NCBI GenBank assembly: GCA_963841435.1
Contig: CAWJCS010000006.1
Location: 928,001-992,000 of the forward strand
Direction: 5' to 3'
Source of the DNA: an uncultured delta proteobacterium
GTDB lineage: Bacteria > Myxococcota_A > Polyangia > Polyangiales > Polyangiaceae
Length of the DNA stretch: 64,000 bases
Made by a program: the position numbers and the translations under genes
The notes under the pieces: model-generated
The model's input: only the letters and a program-made list of their open reading frames with translations
The model's database searches: none
What the model was told of the DNA's origin: nothing
Shown here: piece by piece, positions 26,526-36,937 of the stretch
How the letters are laid out: each line of letters begins with the position of its first letter
How positions within the stretch are numbered: the stretch's first letter is position 1

Positions 26526-28166
26526 GTGCGCTCGGCTAGGCTTTTCCAGGCATTTTTCGTGGCTCTGGCCGCGGCGCTCGGCGTCGGGTGCGCACGTGGC
26601 GCACCGACCGGCGACGGCGCCCGCGACGCGGTTCCCCCGACGGCGCTCGCGCCCCGCACGCGCGCCGAGGCCGTGTCACTCGCCGACCGTTTGGCCGTCG
26701 AGGCGTCGCGGGCGAGCGGCACGAAGAGCGCCGAGCGTTATGCGGAGGCCGCAGAGCTTCGCGAGCGCTTCTATCGGCTCGAGCATCGGGAGGCGGACGC
26801 GTTCGAAGCCGCCGAGCTCTTCGGCGCCGCGGCGCGCGCGGCACCCGAACGCCGCTGTGAGCTCGCTGCGAGGCAGGTCGCGCTCGAGGCGGAACGCCGG
26901 AGCGATCCCGCGGACGCATACCGCCGCCTCTACGCGGAGCGCCGACGCGCGACCGACGGAAGGTGCCGCAGCAAGCTCGAAAGCGCGTTGCTCGCGCTCG
27001 CGGCGTATCGTCCCACCCCGCGCGAGCTCGCGGCGCTCGACGCGGATACAGACGGCGTGCCAGTGCCCCCGGCGTCGGGCAGCGGCGCGCCGATCGCGAC
27101 CGTGGGTCGGGTCGTCGTCCCCGACGTTCCCGATGGCGGCACGGACCCCGCGCGCATCCTGCGGGTCGAGCGCTACGGCGCGAAGGATGCGGCGCGCGTC
27201 GTCGTGCATCTTTCTCGCCCGGCTCGTTTCGAGGTCTCCTCGTTGGCTGCAGCGGGGGGCGCGCCGCCCCGCATCGTCATCGACCTGCCGGGTGTCACTC
27301 GGCAGGGTAAGAGCTCCCTTTTGGTTGGCGGCTTGGTCGAGCGCGTTCGGCTGGGCAGCGATCCAGAAAGGGCCCGTGTCGTGCTCGATCTCTCGGGGCC
27401 CGCCTACTCGAGGGCTTTCTACCTACCCGAGCCGTTCCGCCTGGTCGTCGACGTGTCGAAGGACGCTGGCTCCGGCCCGGCGGGGCAGGGGGCGCGCAGC
27501 GTCCGGCGCGTCGTCCTCGATCCCGGCCATGGCGGGCACGATCCGGGTGCGGCCGGGCCGCAAGGCTTGCTCGAGAAGGACGTGACCCTCGACGTGGCGC
27601 ACCGCGCGGCGCCTCTGTTGGCCCGGGAGCTCGGGGTCTCGACGCTGCTCACGCGCGATGCCGACGTTTTCGTCGCGCTCGACGAGCGCACGGCGCGGGC
27701 CAACGCCTTCGGCGCCGACCTCCTGATCTCCATCCATTGCAATGCGAGCGAGGACGGGGGTGGCAAGGGTGTCATGAGCTTCGTGCTCGACGATGCGCGC
27801 GACGGCGCCGCGGCGCGTGTCGCCGCCCGCGAGAATGCCGCATCGGCCGCCGCGGCGAACGAGCTGGCGAGCGCGCTCAGCGGCTTTCTGGACCGGAACA
27901 CCGTGGCTCGCTCGGAGCACTTTGCCGCGTTGCTGCAACGGGCCAGCATGGCGTCGCTCGGCGTCCGTTACCCCGACGTTCCGGATCTCGGGGTGCGGCG
28001 GGCGGGCTTCTACGTTCTCGCAGGGGCGGCCATGCCGGCGGTGCTGTTCGAGGCGTCGTTCATTTCGAACCCGCTCGGTGAGGCGCGCCTGAACACGCCC
28101 GATTACCGAGAGAAGCTCGCCGACGCCATCGTCAATGCCGTGCGCGCCTACCAGGCTGGAAAGTAG
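26526..28166 (+). CDS. N-acetylmuramoyl-L-alanine amidase (AmiC-like lipoprotein with AMIN domains)
   Basis: Lipobox GVG-C, AMIN-like segments (RVVVHLS, RIVIDL, RLVVDV) and Amidase_3 motifs VVLDPGHGGHDPGA, LEKD, SIHCNA, FYVL, VLFEASFISN. Confidence 0.9.
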   Translation: MRSARLFQAFFVALAAALGVGCARGAPTGDGARDAVPPTALAPRTRAEAVSLADRLAVEASRASGTKSAERYAEAAELRERFYRLEHREADAFEAAELFGAAARAAPERRCELAARQVALEAERRSDPADAYRRLYAERRRATDGRCRSKLESALLALAAYRPTPRELAALDADTDGVPVPPASGSGAPIATVGRVVVPDVPDGGTDPARILRVERYGAKDAARVVVHLSRPARFEVSSLAAAGGAPPRIVIDLPGVTRQGKSSLLVGGLVERVRLGSDPERARVVLDLSGPAYSRAFYLPEPFRLVVDVSKDAGSGPAGQGARSVRRVVLDPGHGGHDPGAAGPQGLLEKDVTLDVAHRAAPLLARELGVSTLLTRDADVFVALDERTARANAFGADLLISIHCNASEDGGGKGVMSFVLDDARDGAAARVAARENAASAAAANELASALSGFLDRNTVARSEHFAALLQRASMASLGVRYPDVPDLGVRRAGFYVLAGAAMPAVLFEASFISNPLGEARLNTPDYREKLADAIVNAVRAYQAGK

Positions 28167-28256
28167 TCAAAGGTCGTACCCCCCCGCCGGGCCCCGCGCG
28201 CCGCCTGCCGGGCGCCCGGGGCGGGGAAAAACGGCGTCGGGGGACCCGTGAGGCCG

Positions 28257-28285
28257 TTGACGAGCCCGGTACGGGGACCTAACTT
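28257..28285 (+). promoter_or_regulatory. Putative sigma70-type promoter of dksA
   Basis: TTGACG, 17-nt spacer, TAACTT, about 50 nt upstream of the ATG. Confidence 0.55.
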
Positions 28286-28336
28286 CTCGGGTCCTCTCGG
28301 GGCCGGATATCGGCCGCGGGACCGACAGGGTTGGCC

Positions 28337-28699
28337 ATGACGAAAGTGCAACTGAAGAAATTCCGCGAGATGCTCGAAGCGAAGCGGGAGGAGATCATCC
28401 GGCGCGCGCAGCAAACGCTCGATCAGGACATGGCCCTCGATACGGACGACTTGCCGGACGAGATGGACCTGGCGTCGAGCGAGTATCTGCAGTCGTTCAC
28501 GTTCCGCCTCAGGGGACGCGAGAAGGTGTTCCTCGACAAGATCCAGAAGGCCATCGACAAGATCGACAATGGCACCTTCGGCGTGTGCGACGATTGCGGC
28601 GACAAGATCTCGATCAAGCGCCTCGAGGCGCGTCCCGAGACGACGCTTTGCATCCGCTGCAAGGAAGACCAGGAGCGGGTCGAAAAGGACTTCGGCTAG
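28337..28699 (+). CDS. dksA: DksA/TraR family RNA polymerase-binding protein
   Basis: Coiled-coil tip DEMDLA and C4 zinc finger CDDC...RLEARP...CIRC. Confidence 0.9.
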   Translation: MTKVQLKKFREMLEAKREEIIRRAQQTLDQDMALDTDDLPDEMDLASSEYLQSFTFRLRGREKVFLDKIQKAIDKIDNGTFGVCDDCGDKISIKRLEARPETTLCIRCKEDQERVEKDFG

Positions 28700-28744
28700 T
28701 CCCGACCGGTTGGCGCGTGACGTCCTCGGCCTCGCCAGCGAGGC

Positions 28745-31669
28745 TCAGCGAGCGCGTGTTCGCCTGGCCTCGCGGGCGGCGTCCCTCACGCCGCTACCGG
28801 AGCGGACCGGGCTGGGCTTCGGATCGGGTCGCCCGCGATCACCGAGGGCCAGCGCGAGGTACCGCCCCGTGTGGCTGTTCGCGGCGGCTGCCACGAGCTC
28901 CGGTGGCCCCTGGGCGACAATCTGCCCGCCGCGCTCGCCGCCTTCCGGGCCGAGGTCGACGACCCAGTCGGCACAAGCGACGAGCTCGACGTTGTGCTCG
29001 ATGAACAGCACGGTATTGCCGGCGTCCCTGAGCCCGAGCAGCGCATGCGTCAAAAGCTCGATGTCCGAGAAGTGCAGACCCGTCGTCGGCTCGTCGAGGA
29101 CGTAGAGCGTGCGGCCCGTCGCCTTGCGTGAGAGCTCGGTCGCGAGCTTCACGCGCTGAGCTTCGCCCCCCGACAGTGTCGTGGCCGCCTGCCCGAGCTG
29201 GATGTAGCCGAGGCCCACCTGGCGCAGCGCCTGGAGCTTCTGGCGGATGCGCGGGATCGAATCGAAGAGCTCGCTCGCCGCGTCGACCGTGAGAGCGAGG
29301 GCGTCGGCAATGGAGAGCCCGCGGTACGCAACCTCCAGGGTTTCGCGGTTGTAGCGCTTCCCGCCGCACGCGTCGCAAAGCACGTAAACGTCGGGCAAAA
29401 AGTGCATTGCGACGCGCAGCACGCCGTCACCCTGGCAGGCCTCGCAGCGGCCGCCGCGGACGTTGAAGGAGAAGCGCCCGGGTTTGTAGCCGCGCGCCCT
29501 CGCGTCCGAGAGCCCGGCGTAGAGCTCGCGCAAGTGGGTGAAGATGCCGGTATAGGTCGCGGGGTTCGAGCGGGGCGTGCGACCGATCGCCGTCTGGTCG
29601 ATACTGATGACCTTATCGATGTTCTCGAGGCCCTCGATGCGATCGCAGGGGCCGACCCACCCCGTCGCCCCGTAGAGCTCCGCGCGGGCGGCGCTGAGCA
29701 GGGTGTCGACGACGAGGCTGCTCTTGCCGGAGCCGCTCACGCCCGTGATGGCGGTCAGGAGGCCGAGCGGCACCTCGAGCGTCACGTCTTTTAGGTTGTG
29801 GGCTCGCGCGCCGACGACGCGCAACGCCTGGCCGGTCGGGGGCAGCCGCTTTGCGGGGATGGGCAGGCGCCGCTTGCCGGAGAGATACGGGCCCGTGACG
29901 GAGTCGGGCGATTGCATGATCTCGGCGGGAGTCCCACAAGCCACGATCCGGCCGCCGTGGACGCCGGCGCCGGGCCCCATGTCCAGGATGTAGTCGGCCG
30001 CGAGAATCGCGTCGCGGTCGTGCTCCACGACGATGACGCTATTGCCCTTGTCGACGAGGCGGCGCAGGGCTGCGAGCAGTCGCTCGTTGTCGCGCGCGTG
30101 CAAGCCGATGCTCGGCTCGTCGAGCACGTAGAGGACGCCGACGAGCGACGCCCCGATCTGCGTCGCGAGGCGGATGCGCTGCCCCTCGCCGCCCGACAGC
30201 GAATGCGCCGCCCGGTCGAGCGTCAGGTAGTCGAGCCCGATCTCGAGCAAGAAGTGCAGACGCTCGGTCACGGCGCGCAACAGCGGGAGCGCGATCGCGG
30301 CGTCACGCCCAGGGAGCGCCGGGTCCGCCGCGAGCGCCAAGAGGAAGTCGCGCAGCGACCTGAGCGGCATGCGGCAAAGGTCGGCGATGGTCTTGCCGCT
30401 GACCCGCACGGCCAGCGCCTCGGGCCGCAAGCGCACGCCGTTGCAGGCGGCGCAGGTGCGCGTGACGACGAAGCGACCGAGGTCGTCGAGGCCGATCGCG
30501 CCATCCTCGGCCTCGTCACCGGTTTCCTCGGTGCCCTCCGATTCGAGCATTCGCTCGAGCCGCGGGACGATGCCCTCGTAGCTCGGGTCGCGGCCGCGCT
30601 TCTTGCCCTTGAGCGCCTTGGCCCCGTAGAGAATGGCGTCACGGTGCTGCTCGGGCAGCTCGGCGAACGGGGTGTCGGGGTTCACGCCGAGCAGCTCCAC
30701 GACGCGCGCGACCTCCGTCGCGGTCGCGACCGACCCGCGGCGACCGAACGCCACCACGGCGCCTTCGCGCAGCGAACGCGTGCCGTCGGGAACGATACGC
30801 GCCACGTCGACGGTCGAGCGCACGCCGAGGCCGTCGCAGACCGGGCACGCGCCGTGCGGGCTGTTGAAAGAGAAAAGGCGCGGTTCGAGGGGCGGTAGCG
30901 TGATGCCGTACTCCCAGCTCACGAGGCGCTCGCTCATCACCTGCGGCTCCTTGTCGTCCATGCCGTCGATGAGCAGCGTGCCGTCGCCGAGCTTGAGCGA
31001 GAGCTCGACCGAGTCGGTGAGCCGACCTTTCACGCCGTCCTTGACGACGATGCGATCGACCACGACGTCGAGATCGTGGGCCTTGGTGGGGTCCGGAGCC
31101 TCCGCTTCGCCGAGGTCGACCTGAACGCCGTCGATGCGAGCGCGCACGAAGCCGTCGCGCCGCAGGCGCTCGAGCTCGTCGGAGAGGTCGCCCTTCTGCT
31201 TTCGCACGAGCGGCGCGAGCAGGGCCGCCCGGGCGTCGGTACCCCGTGCGAGGATGCTGTCGACGATCTCTTGGACCGTGTAGGCCCGGAGCACCTTGCC
31301 GGATTTTGGACAGTGGGGCACCCCGACCCGGGCGAACAGGAGCCTCAGGTAGTCGGCGATCTCGGTGACCGTGCCGACGGTGGAACGGGGGCTCTTGCCG
31401 AGGCCCCTCTGCTCGATGGCGATTGCCGGGCTCAGCCCCTCGATGCTCTCGACCTTGGGTTTCGGCAATTGGTCGAGAAACTGCCGAGCGTAGGCCGAGA
31501 GAGATTCGACGTACCGGCGCTGGCCCTCGGCGTAGATGGTGTCGAACGCGAGCGAAGACTTCCCGGAGCCGCTTGGACCGGTGATGACGACCAGCCGGTT
31601 GCGCGGCAGGTCGCAGCTGATCTCGCGGAGGTTATGCTGGGCCGCGCCCCGAACCGCCAGAAAGTCCAT
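28745..31669 (-). CDS. uvrA: Excinuclease ABC subunit A
   Basis: VRGAAQHNL, two ABC cassettes (GPSGSGKSSLAFDTIYAEGQRRYVESLS; GVSGSGKSS), LSGGE signatures and zinc-finger cysteines. Confidence 0.97.
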   Translation of the reverse strand: MDFLAVRGAAQHNLREISCDLPRNRLVVITGPSGSGKSSLAFDTIYAEGQRRYVESLSAYARQFLDQLPKPKVESIEGLSPAIAIEQRGLGKSPRSTVGTVTEIADYLRLLFARVGVPHCPKSGKVLRAYTVQEIVDSILARGTDARAALLAPLVRKQKGDLSDELERLRRDGFVRARIDGVQVDLGEAEAPDPTKAHDLDVVVDRIVVKDGVKGRLTDSVELSLKLGDGTLLIDGMDDKEPQVMSERLVSWEYGITLPPLEPRLFSFNSPHGACPVCDGLGVRSTVDVARIVPDGTRSLREGAVVAFGRRGSVATATEVARVVELLGVNPDTPFAELPEQHRDAILYGAKALKGKKRGRDPSYEGIVPRLERMLESEGTEETGDEAEDGAIGLDDLGRFVVTRTCAACNGVRLRPEALAVRVSGKTIADLCRMPLRSLRDFLLALAADPALPGRDAAIALPLLRAVTERLHFLLEIGLDYLTLDRAAHSLSGGEGQRIRLATQIGASLVGVLYVLDEPSIGLHARDNERLLAALRRLVDKGNSVIVVEHDRDAILAADYILDMGPGAGVHGGRIVACGTPAEIMQSPDSVTGPYLSGKRRLPIPAKRLPPTGQALRVVGARAHNLKDVTLEVPLGLLTAITGVSGSGKSSLVVDTLLSAARAELYGATGWVGPCDRIEGLENIDKVISIDQTAIGRTPRSNPATYTGIFTHLRELYAGLSDARARGYKPGRFSFNVRGGRCEACQGDGVLRVAMHFLPDVYVLCDACGGKRYNRETLEVAYRGLSIADALALTVDAASELFDSIPRIRQKLQALRQVGLGYIQLGQAATTLSGGEAQRVKLATELSRKATGRTLYVLDEPTTGLHFSDIELLTHALLGLRDAGNTVLFIEHNVELVACADWVVDLGPEGGERGGQIVAQGPPELVAAAANSHTGRYLALALGDRGRPDPKPSPVRSGSGVRDAAREARRTRAR

Positions 31670-31782
31670 CGCGAATCGTCGGTCGTAACACGAAACACCC
31701 CGAGCCGCCCCTCGTCCCGTCTGGGCGACAAAACACCGGGCTACTGTCGGAAAGTACACGGATTTCGGCCCCAGCTGGGGGT

Positions 31783-31811
31783 TTGCCGGTGGGCGCTCTT
31801 TCGGCTAGCTT
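31783..31811 (+). promoter_or_regulatory. Putative sigma70-type promoter of tRNA-Ile2
   Basis: TTGCCG, 17-nt spacer, TAGCTT, immediately upstream of the tRNA. Confidence 0.45.
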
Positions 31812-31816
31812 CTCGC

Positions 31817-31890
31817 GGGCCCATAGCTCAATCGGTCAGAGCCCCCGGCTCATAACCGGGCCGTTCCTGGTTCGAACCCAGGTGGGCCCA
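31817..31890 (+). tRNA. tRNA with CAT anticodon, probably tRNA-Ile2 (lysidine-modified); CCA not encoded
   Basis: Cloverleaf with acceptor GGGCCCA/TGGGCCC, D arm TAGCTCAATCGGTCAGAGC, anticodon arm CCCGG-CTCATAA-CCGGG and T loop GGTTCGAACCC. Paired G1-C72 argues against initiator tRNA. Confidence 0.9.
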
Positions 31891-31949
31891 CTTCCCGTGC
31901 GGCGACGCCCTGATTAGAGCTAATAGAAGGAGCCAAGCTTAAGGTGACG

Positions 31950-32687
31950 ATGAACTTGCAGATTGAGGCGCTCGAGAGTCTGGCCGCACTGGACGCCGAG
32001 CTCCGCGAGCTGACAGAGCGCCATCAGCGGGACCAAAAGACCCTCAGCGACAAGAAGGAACAAGCGAAGAGCCTCGAAGACCGCCTGTCGCGAGGCCGGC
32101 AGAGCGTCGAGGACATGGAGCGCATGCGTTCCGATCTGGTCGGCGAGCTCCGCCAGATGGGTATCCAAGTCGAGCGGTCTCGCGAGAAGCTGGCGCGTTG
32201 CCGTACCGAGCGCGAGGCGAACGCGGCGCAGCGTGAAGTGGAGGAGCTTCGCAAGCTGTTCCGCGACCGCGAGATCGAGCTCGAGAAGCTCGACGGGCTG
32301 ATGCAGCAGGCGCGCGGCGAAATCGATCAGGCGCTCGAGCAGCACGGGGCCGTTTCGGGCGACCTCGGCTCGAGCGAGTCCGACTCGATGAACCGCTTGG
32401 CGACCTCCGAGGAGGAGCTCGCGCGCAAGCAGGCCGAGCGGGAGCTCATCGTGCCCAAGATCAAGCCCGATCTCTACCGGCGCTACGAGATGATCCGAAA
32501 GCGCAAGGGAACGGCGCTCGCCTGGACGCGAGATGGCACGTGCAGCGCCTGCCACATCCGGCTCCAGCCGATGCTCTTTCAGAAGCTTCTGAGGGCGGAT
32601 GAGTTCGGGCAGTGCCCGAGCTGCAACCGCATTCTCTACTTCCGCCCCGAAGCCCGTCCGGAGAATAGCCCGTCCGGAGGGCCGTGA
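31950..32687 (+). CDS. Coiled-coil protein with C4-type zinc ribbon (DUF164/CT398-like)
   Basis: Long heptad region, then YEMIRKRKG...CSACHIRL...CPSCNRILYF. Confidence 0.88.
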   Translation: MNLQIEALESLAALDAELRELTERHQRDQKTLSDKKEQAKSLEDRLSRGRQSVEDMERMRSDLVGELRQMGIQVERSREKLARCRTEREANAAQREVEELRKLFRDREIELEKLDGLMQQARGEIDQALEQHGAVSGDLGSSESDSMNRLATSEEELARKQAERELIVPKIKPDLYRRYEMIRKRKGTALAWTRDGTCSACHIRLQPMLFQKLLRADEFGQCPSCNRILYFRPEARPENSPSGGP

Positions 32688-32718
32688 GCGGCGCGGCTCC
32701 CGAAGCGCACAGCGCGTC

Positions 32719-34036
32719 ATGAAGGCGTGCGCGAGCTGTGGTCGTCTTTACCCTGACGACGCGGGGTTCTGTCCCGTCGACGGCACGGCGCTCACGAGCG
32801 CCACGCAGGTGCCCGTGGCGGTCGACTCCCAAGACGCGCGCGTCGGGCAGCTCGTGTGCGAGCGCTACCAGGTGCGTCGCGTCGTCGCCGACGGCGGGAT
32901 GGGGCGCGTCTACGAGGCGCTCGACATGGCGGAGCGCCGGAACGTCGCGCTCAAGATCCTGCATGCCGACGTGGCGCGGGACGAGGTGTCCGTCCAGCGG
33001 TTCAAGCGCGAGTTTTCCGTCAGCATGCAGCTGCCGCACGCGCACATCGTCGAGGTGTTGGGCTTTCAGCCGACCGCGGACGGCACCTACGCGCTCGTCA
33101 TGGAGTTTTTGTACGGCGAAGAGCTCCGCAGCACGCTGAAGCGCGAAGGTGTGATCCCGCCGGCGCGCGTCGTAAGGCTCCTCAGCCAGGTGGCTCTCGG
33201 CGCTCGACGCGGCGCACGCCCAGAAGCTCGTTCACCGCGATCTCAAGCCCGACAACCTGTTTCTCTGTCAGACGCGCGAAGGCGACATCGTCAAAATCCT
33301 CGATTTTGGCTCGGTCAAGGACAAGGGCGAGAAGGCGAAGAAGCTCACGGTGCTCGGCACGACGATCGGATCGCCCTTTTACATGGCGCCCGAGCAGGCC
33401 CAGGGCCTCGACACGCTCGACCACCGCGCCGACGTCTGGGCGCTCGCCGCGATCGCCTACGAGTGCGTGACCGGGCACGTGCCCTTTCAGGGGAACAACG
33501 GCCCGAGCATCCTGCTCGAGATCCTGACCAAGGAGCCGAAGCCCCCGAGCGAGGTCGGGAAGGGCCAGAAGCATCCCGTGCCCCCCACGCTCGATGTCGT
33601 GATGGCGCAGGCCTTCAAGAAGATGCCGGCGTTGCGCTGGTCGTCGGTAGGCGCGTTCGCGGACGCCGTCGCGCAGGCGTACGGGCTCGAGGGCTCGCAC
33701 ACTCACTGGGCGAACGTGCCGGAAGCGGAGATCACGGCCCGCATCGATGCAAAGATGCCCGCTCTGATGCAGGCCGCCGCAGCGCCGAAGCGCTCCGCCG
33801 ACGCGGCCGACTCGTTCTTCGGCGAGTCGGATGCCCTGGCGGCGCCGGGCGCGTTCGCGGCGCCGGCGGGCGCACCCGCTGGGCTCGGCCCGGTTTCCGG
33901 TGGCGCTCCGACGTCGGTCGAGTTGCGCGCGGCGGGCGTACCGAAGAAGGGGCCGAGCTTGCCCATGCTGCTGCTCGTCGGCGGCGGTGCGCTGCTCTTG
34001 GGCATGGCGCTCGTGCTGTTCCTGCTCCTGCGCTGA
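32719..34036 (+). CDS. Membrane-anchored Ser/Thr protein kinase with N-terminal zinc ribbon (one +1 insertion near 33199)
   Basis: CASC...CPVDG, GGMGRVY, VALK. Removing one G at 33199-33200 restores VALALDAAHAQKLVHRDLKPDN...DFG...GSPFYMAPEQ and a C-terminal TM helix. Confidence 0.85.
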
Positions 34037-34072
34037 CCCTCGGCGGAGGGTGTGGTACCATGGTGGGCCGTG

Positions 34073-34636
34073 ATGAAGAGGATCGCCGCCGGATTCGCGT
34101 TCGTGGTTTTCGCTCCGCTCGCTCTCGCGTGTAAGCGAGAGGCTCCCCCTGTCACGCAGGAAGCGCGGGCACCGACGGCGGGGGCCGTCGCGGCCGACGA
34201 GCCTCGGTCGCCTCCGGCGGGCGCGGACGCACCGGCCACGCTGCCGGGCACCGATGCGCCGTCCGAGGCGACCGCGGGCAAGAACCGCTACGAAGAGGGC
34301 AAGTTCGTGCTGTCGATCGAGCCGAACGGGGAGTACGCGGCAGGCAAGCAGGGCGTCGTGAACGTCGTCCTGAATGCCGTGGCGCCGTTCCACGTGAACC
34401 AGCAGTACCCCTACAAGTTCAAGACCAAAGAGGCCCCCGGGGTCAAGTACCCCGCCGCCGTCGTCACCAAGGATCAGGCGAAGCTCGAGGCGCAGCGCGT
34501 GACCATGCCCGTGGCGTTCTCGGCGGAGAAGGCAGGCAAGACGACCGTCGCCGGGCAGTTCGCCTTTTCGGTCTGCACCGAAGAGACCTGCTTGATGGAA
34601 AAGCGGGATCTCGCTCTCGCGCTGGACGTGAAGTAG
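34073..34636 (+). CDS. Lipoprotein with a DsbD N-terminal-like Ig-fold domain
   Basis: Lipobox ALA-C, Pro/Ala linker, FHVNQQYP and C-terminal SVCTEETCL Cys pair. Confidence 0.65.
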   Translation: MKRIAAGFAFVVFAPLALACKREAPPVTQEARAPTAGAVAADEPRSPPAGADAPATLPGTDAPSEATAGKNRYEEGKFVLSIEPNGEYAAGKQGVVNVVLNAVAPFHVNQQYPYKFKTKEAPGVKYPAAVVTKDQAKLEAQRVTMPVAFSAEKAGKTTVAGQFAFSVCTEETCLMEKRDLALALDVK

Positions 34637-34679
34637 GCGGGGCTCGCGGTACCGAGCGGGGCGAGCTACGGTGGAAGCA

Positions 34680-36932
34680 ATGGGGACCGAGATCCTCGAC
34701 GAGCTCCAGGGCATCACCCAAAAGGTGGAGCAGGACTTCAAGGTCGAGCGGCGACTGCTGTCGTTTCGCGAGTACCTGGAGCTGTTTGCCACCGATCCGC
34801 AGCGCTACTCGCGCGACGCGTGCCGGTACGCGCGCGACATGTTCGAGTACTACGGGCGGACGACCATTGCTCGGCCTTGGGGCGAGCAGACGCGTTTCAG
34901 ACTCTTCGATCTGCCGTTTCTGGAGGAACCCGAGGCGACGCGCGACGCCCTGGTGGGGCAGGAGCAGGTTCAGCAAGAGATTTTCAGGGCGCTCGAGAAC
35001 TTCTCGCGCGAGGGGCGCGCCAACCGGCTGATTCTCCTGCACGGGCCGAATGGTTCCGCCAAGAGCAAGGTCGCGAGCTGCATCATGCGTGCGCTCGAGC
35101 ACTACTCACAACGCGACGAGGGGGCGCTCTATCGATTTCACTGGATCTTTCCGAACCAGGCGCGGCTGCGTGGCGCCATCGGATTCGGCGGGCGACGCTC
35201 TTCGGCGCGCCCCGACGACGGTAGCTACGCTCACCTCGCCGACGAGGAGATGGATGCTCGCCTGCAGGTCGAGATCCGCGACCACCCGCTGTTCCTCCTG
35301 CCGATGGACCAGCGAGCGGCACTGCTCGCGCGATTGTTCGAGCAGGCCGGGGTGCACGAGCCGCCACCAGCGTGGGTGCTGCGGGGCAATCTGTCGCACA
35401 AGAGCCGGCAGGTGTTCGACGCCTTGCTCGCGAGCTACGAGGGCGCCCTCGACGAGGTCCTGCGCCACGTCCAGGTCGAGCGCTACTTCGTTTCGCGGCG
35501 CTACCGCACCGGTGCCGTCACGATCGGCCCGGAGCTCTCCGTGGACGCCGGCGAACGCCAGCTCACCGCCGATCGCAGCGCGGCCGCTCTGCCGCCGGCC
35601 CTGCAGTCGGTGACGCTCTTCGAGGCTTTCGGAGAGCTGGTCGACGCCATGGGGGGCATCCTCGAGTTCTCCGATCTTCTCAAGCGCCCGCTCGACGCCT
35701 TCAAGTACCTGCAGATCACGGCGGAAACCGGTCAGGTCCAGCTCCGCTCGCAAACGGTCGAGATCAACTGTGTGCTCATCGGCAGCGCCAACGAGCTCCA
35801 TCTCAGGGCGTTTCGCGAGCATGCCGAGTACGAGAGCTTCCGCGGCAGGCTCGAGCTCGTTCGGGCGCCGTACCTTTTGAGCTACATCGACGAGCGTCGT
35901 ATCTACGACGCGCAGATCGCGCCACAGGTGCGGCGGGCGGTCGCGCCCCACGCCACGGAGATGGCCGCAATGTTCGCCGTGCTCACGCGCATGCGCAAGC
36001 CGAACCCCGAGCGCTACTCGAGGCCCCTGCGCGACGTGATCGACGGGCTCACGGCGATCGAGAAGATGGACCTCTACGCGACGGGAGTCACCCCGGACCA
36101 CCTCGACGACGACGCCGCCAAGCTCTTGCGCGGCGCCGTCCACGACCTTTACCGAGAGAGCGACGCCTATCCGATCTTCGAGGGCAGCGTGGGCGCGAGC
36201 CCACGCGAGATGCGGAGCGTGCTGCTCGACGCCGGTCAGAGCCCTCGCTACACGTGCCTGTCACCGCTCGCCGTATTGCTCGAAATCGAGCGGCTTTGCG
36301 AGCGGGCGGGTGAGTACGCCTTTCTCGAGGAGGAGCGGCTGCCCGGCGGCTACCATGACCACGTGCTCTTCCGAAAGGTCCTGCGAGAGCGCCTCCTCGA
36401 CCTGCTCGAAGAGGAGCTTCGGATCGCGAGCGGGTTGGTCGACGAGTCGCGCTACACCGAGCTTTTCGATCGCTACGTGACGCACGTGAGCCTCTGGGTG
36501 AAGGGCGAGAAGATCCGCAACCCCATCACGGGCCAGTACGAAGATCCCGACCAGCGGCTGATGCACGAGGTCGAGGAGATCCTCGGCGCCGGCGAGCAGC
36601 CGGATGACATCCGCCACGGGCTCATCAATTCGGTCGCCGCGTGGGCCATCGACCATCCCGACGAGCCCATCGACCATACTCGCATTTTCGGTTCGCAGCT
36701 CAGGCGGCTACGCGAGTCGGTGTTCGCGGAGCGGCGCAGCGCCGTGGCGCGGCTTTGTCGCGACGTGGTGCTTCTCCTGCGGGAGGAAGGGACGGGACTC
36801 GATCTCGCGCGCCAGACAGCGGCGCGCCGCGCGCTCGACGTGTTCAAGCAGCGCTTCGGGTACGAGGACGACTCGGCTGCGGACGCCACGGGCGTGCTCC
36901 TGAGCGAGCGCTTCGCGTCCCTGCTCAACTGA
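34680..36932 (+). CDS. PrkA/YeaG-family AAA+ serine kinase
   Basis: LILLHGPNGSAKS Walker A, GILEFSDLLKRP, YESFRGR, APH...AAMFAVLTR, GASPRE. Confidence 0.85.
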   Translation: MGTEILDELQGITQKVEQDFKVERRLLSFREYLELFATDPQRYSRDACRYARDMFEYYGRTTIARPWGEQTRFRLFDLPFLEEPEATRDALVGQEQVQQEIFRALENFSREGRANRLILLHGPNGSAKSKVASCIMRALEHYSQRDEGALYRFHWIFPNQARLRGAIGFGGRRSSARPDDGSYAHLADEEMDARLQVEIRDHPLFLLPMDQRAALLARLFEQAGVHEPPPAWVLRGNLSHKSRQVFDALLASYEGALDEVLRHVQVERYFVSRRYRTGAVTIGPELSVDAGERQLTADRSAAALPPALQSVTLFEAFGELVDAMGGILEFSDLLKRPLDAFKYLQITAETGQVQLRSQTVEINCVLIGSANELHLRAFREHAEYESFRGRLELVRAPYLLSYIDERRIYDAQIAPQVRRAVAPHATEMAAMFAVLTRMRKPNPERYSRPLRDVIDGLTAIEKMDLYATGVTPDHLDDDAAKLLRGAVHDLYRESDAYPIFEGSVGASPREMRSVLLDAGQSPRYTCLSPLAVLLEIERLCERAGEYAFLEEERLPGGYHDHVLFRKVLRERLLDLLEEELRIASGLVDESRYTELFDRYVTHVSLWVKGEKIRNPITGQYEDPDQRLMHEVEEILGAGEQPDDIRHGLINSVAAWAIDHPDEPIDHTRIFGSQLRRLRESVFAERRSAVARLCRDVVLLLREEGTGLDLARQTAARRALDVFKQRFGYEDDSAADATGVLLSERFASLLN

Positions 36933-36937
36933 GCGAC

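Noticed and set aside
31817..31890. Initiator tRNA-fMet call for the CAT tRNAs
   Set aside because: Both CAT tRNAs have a paired first acceptor position and lack three consecutive G-C pairs at the bottom of the anticodon stem.
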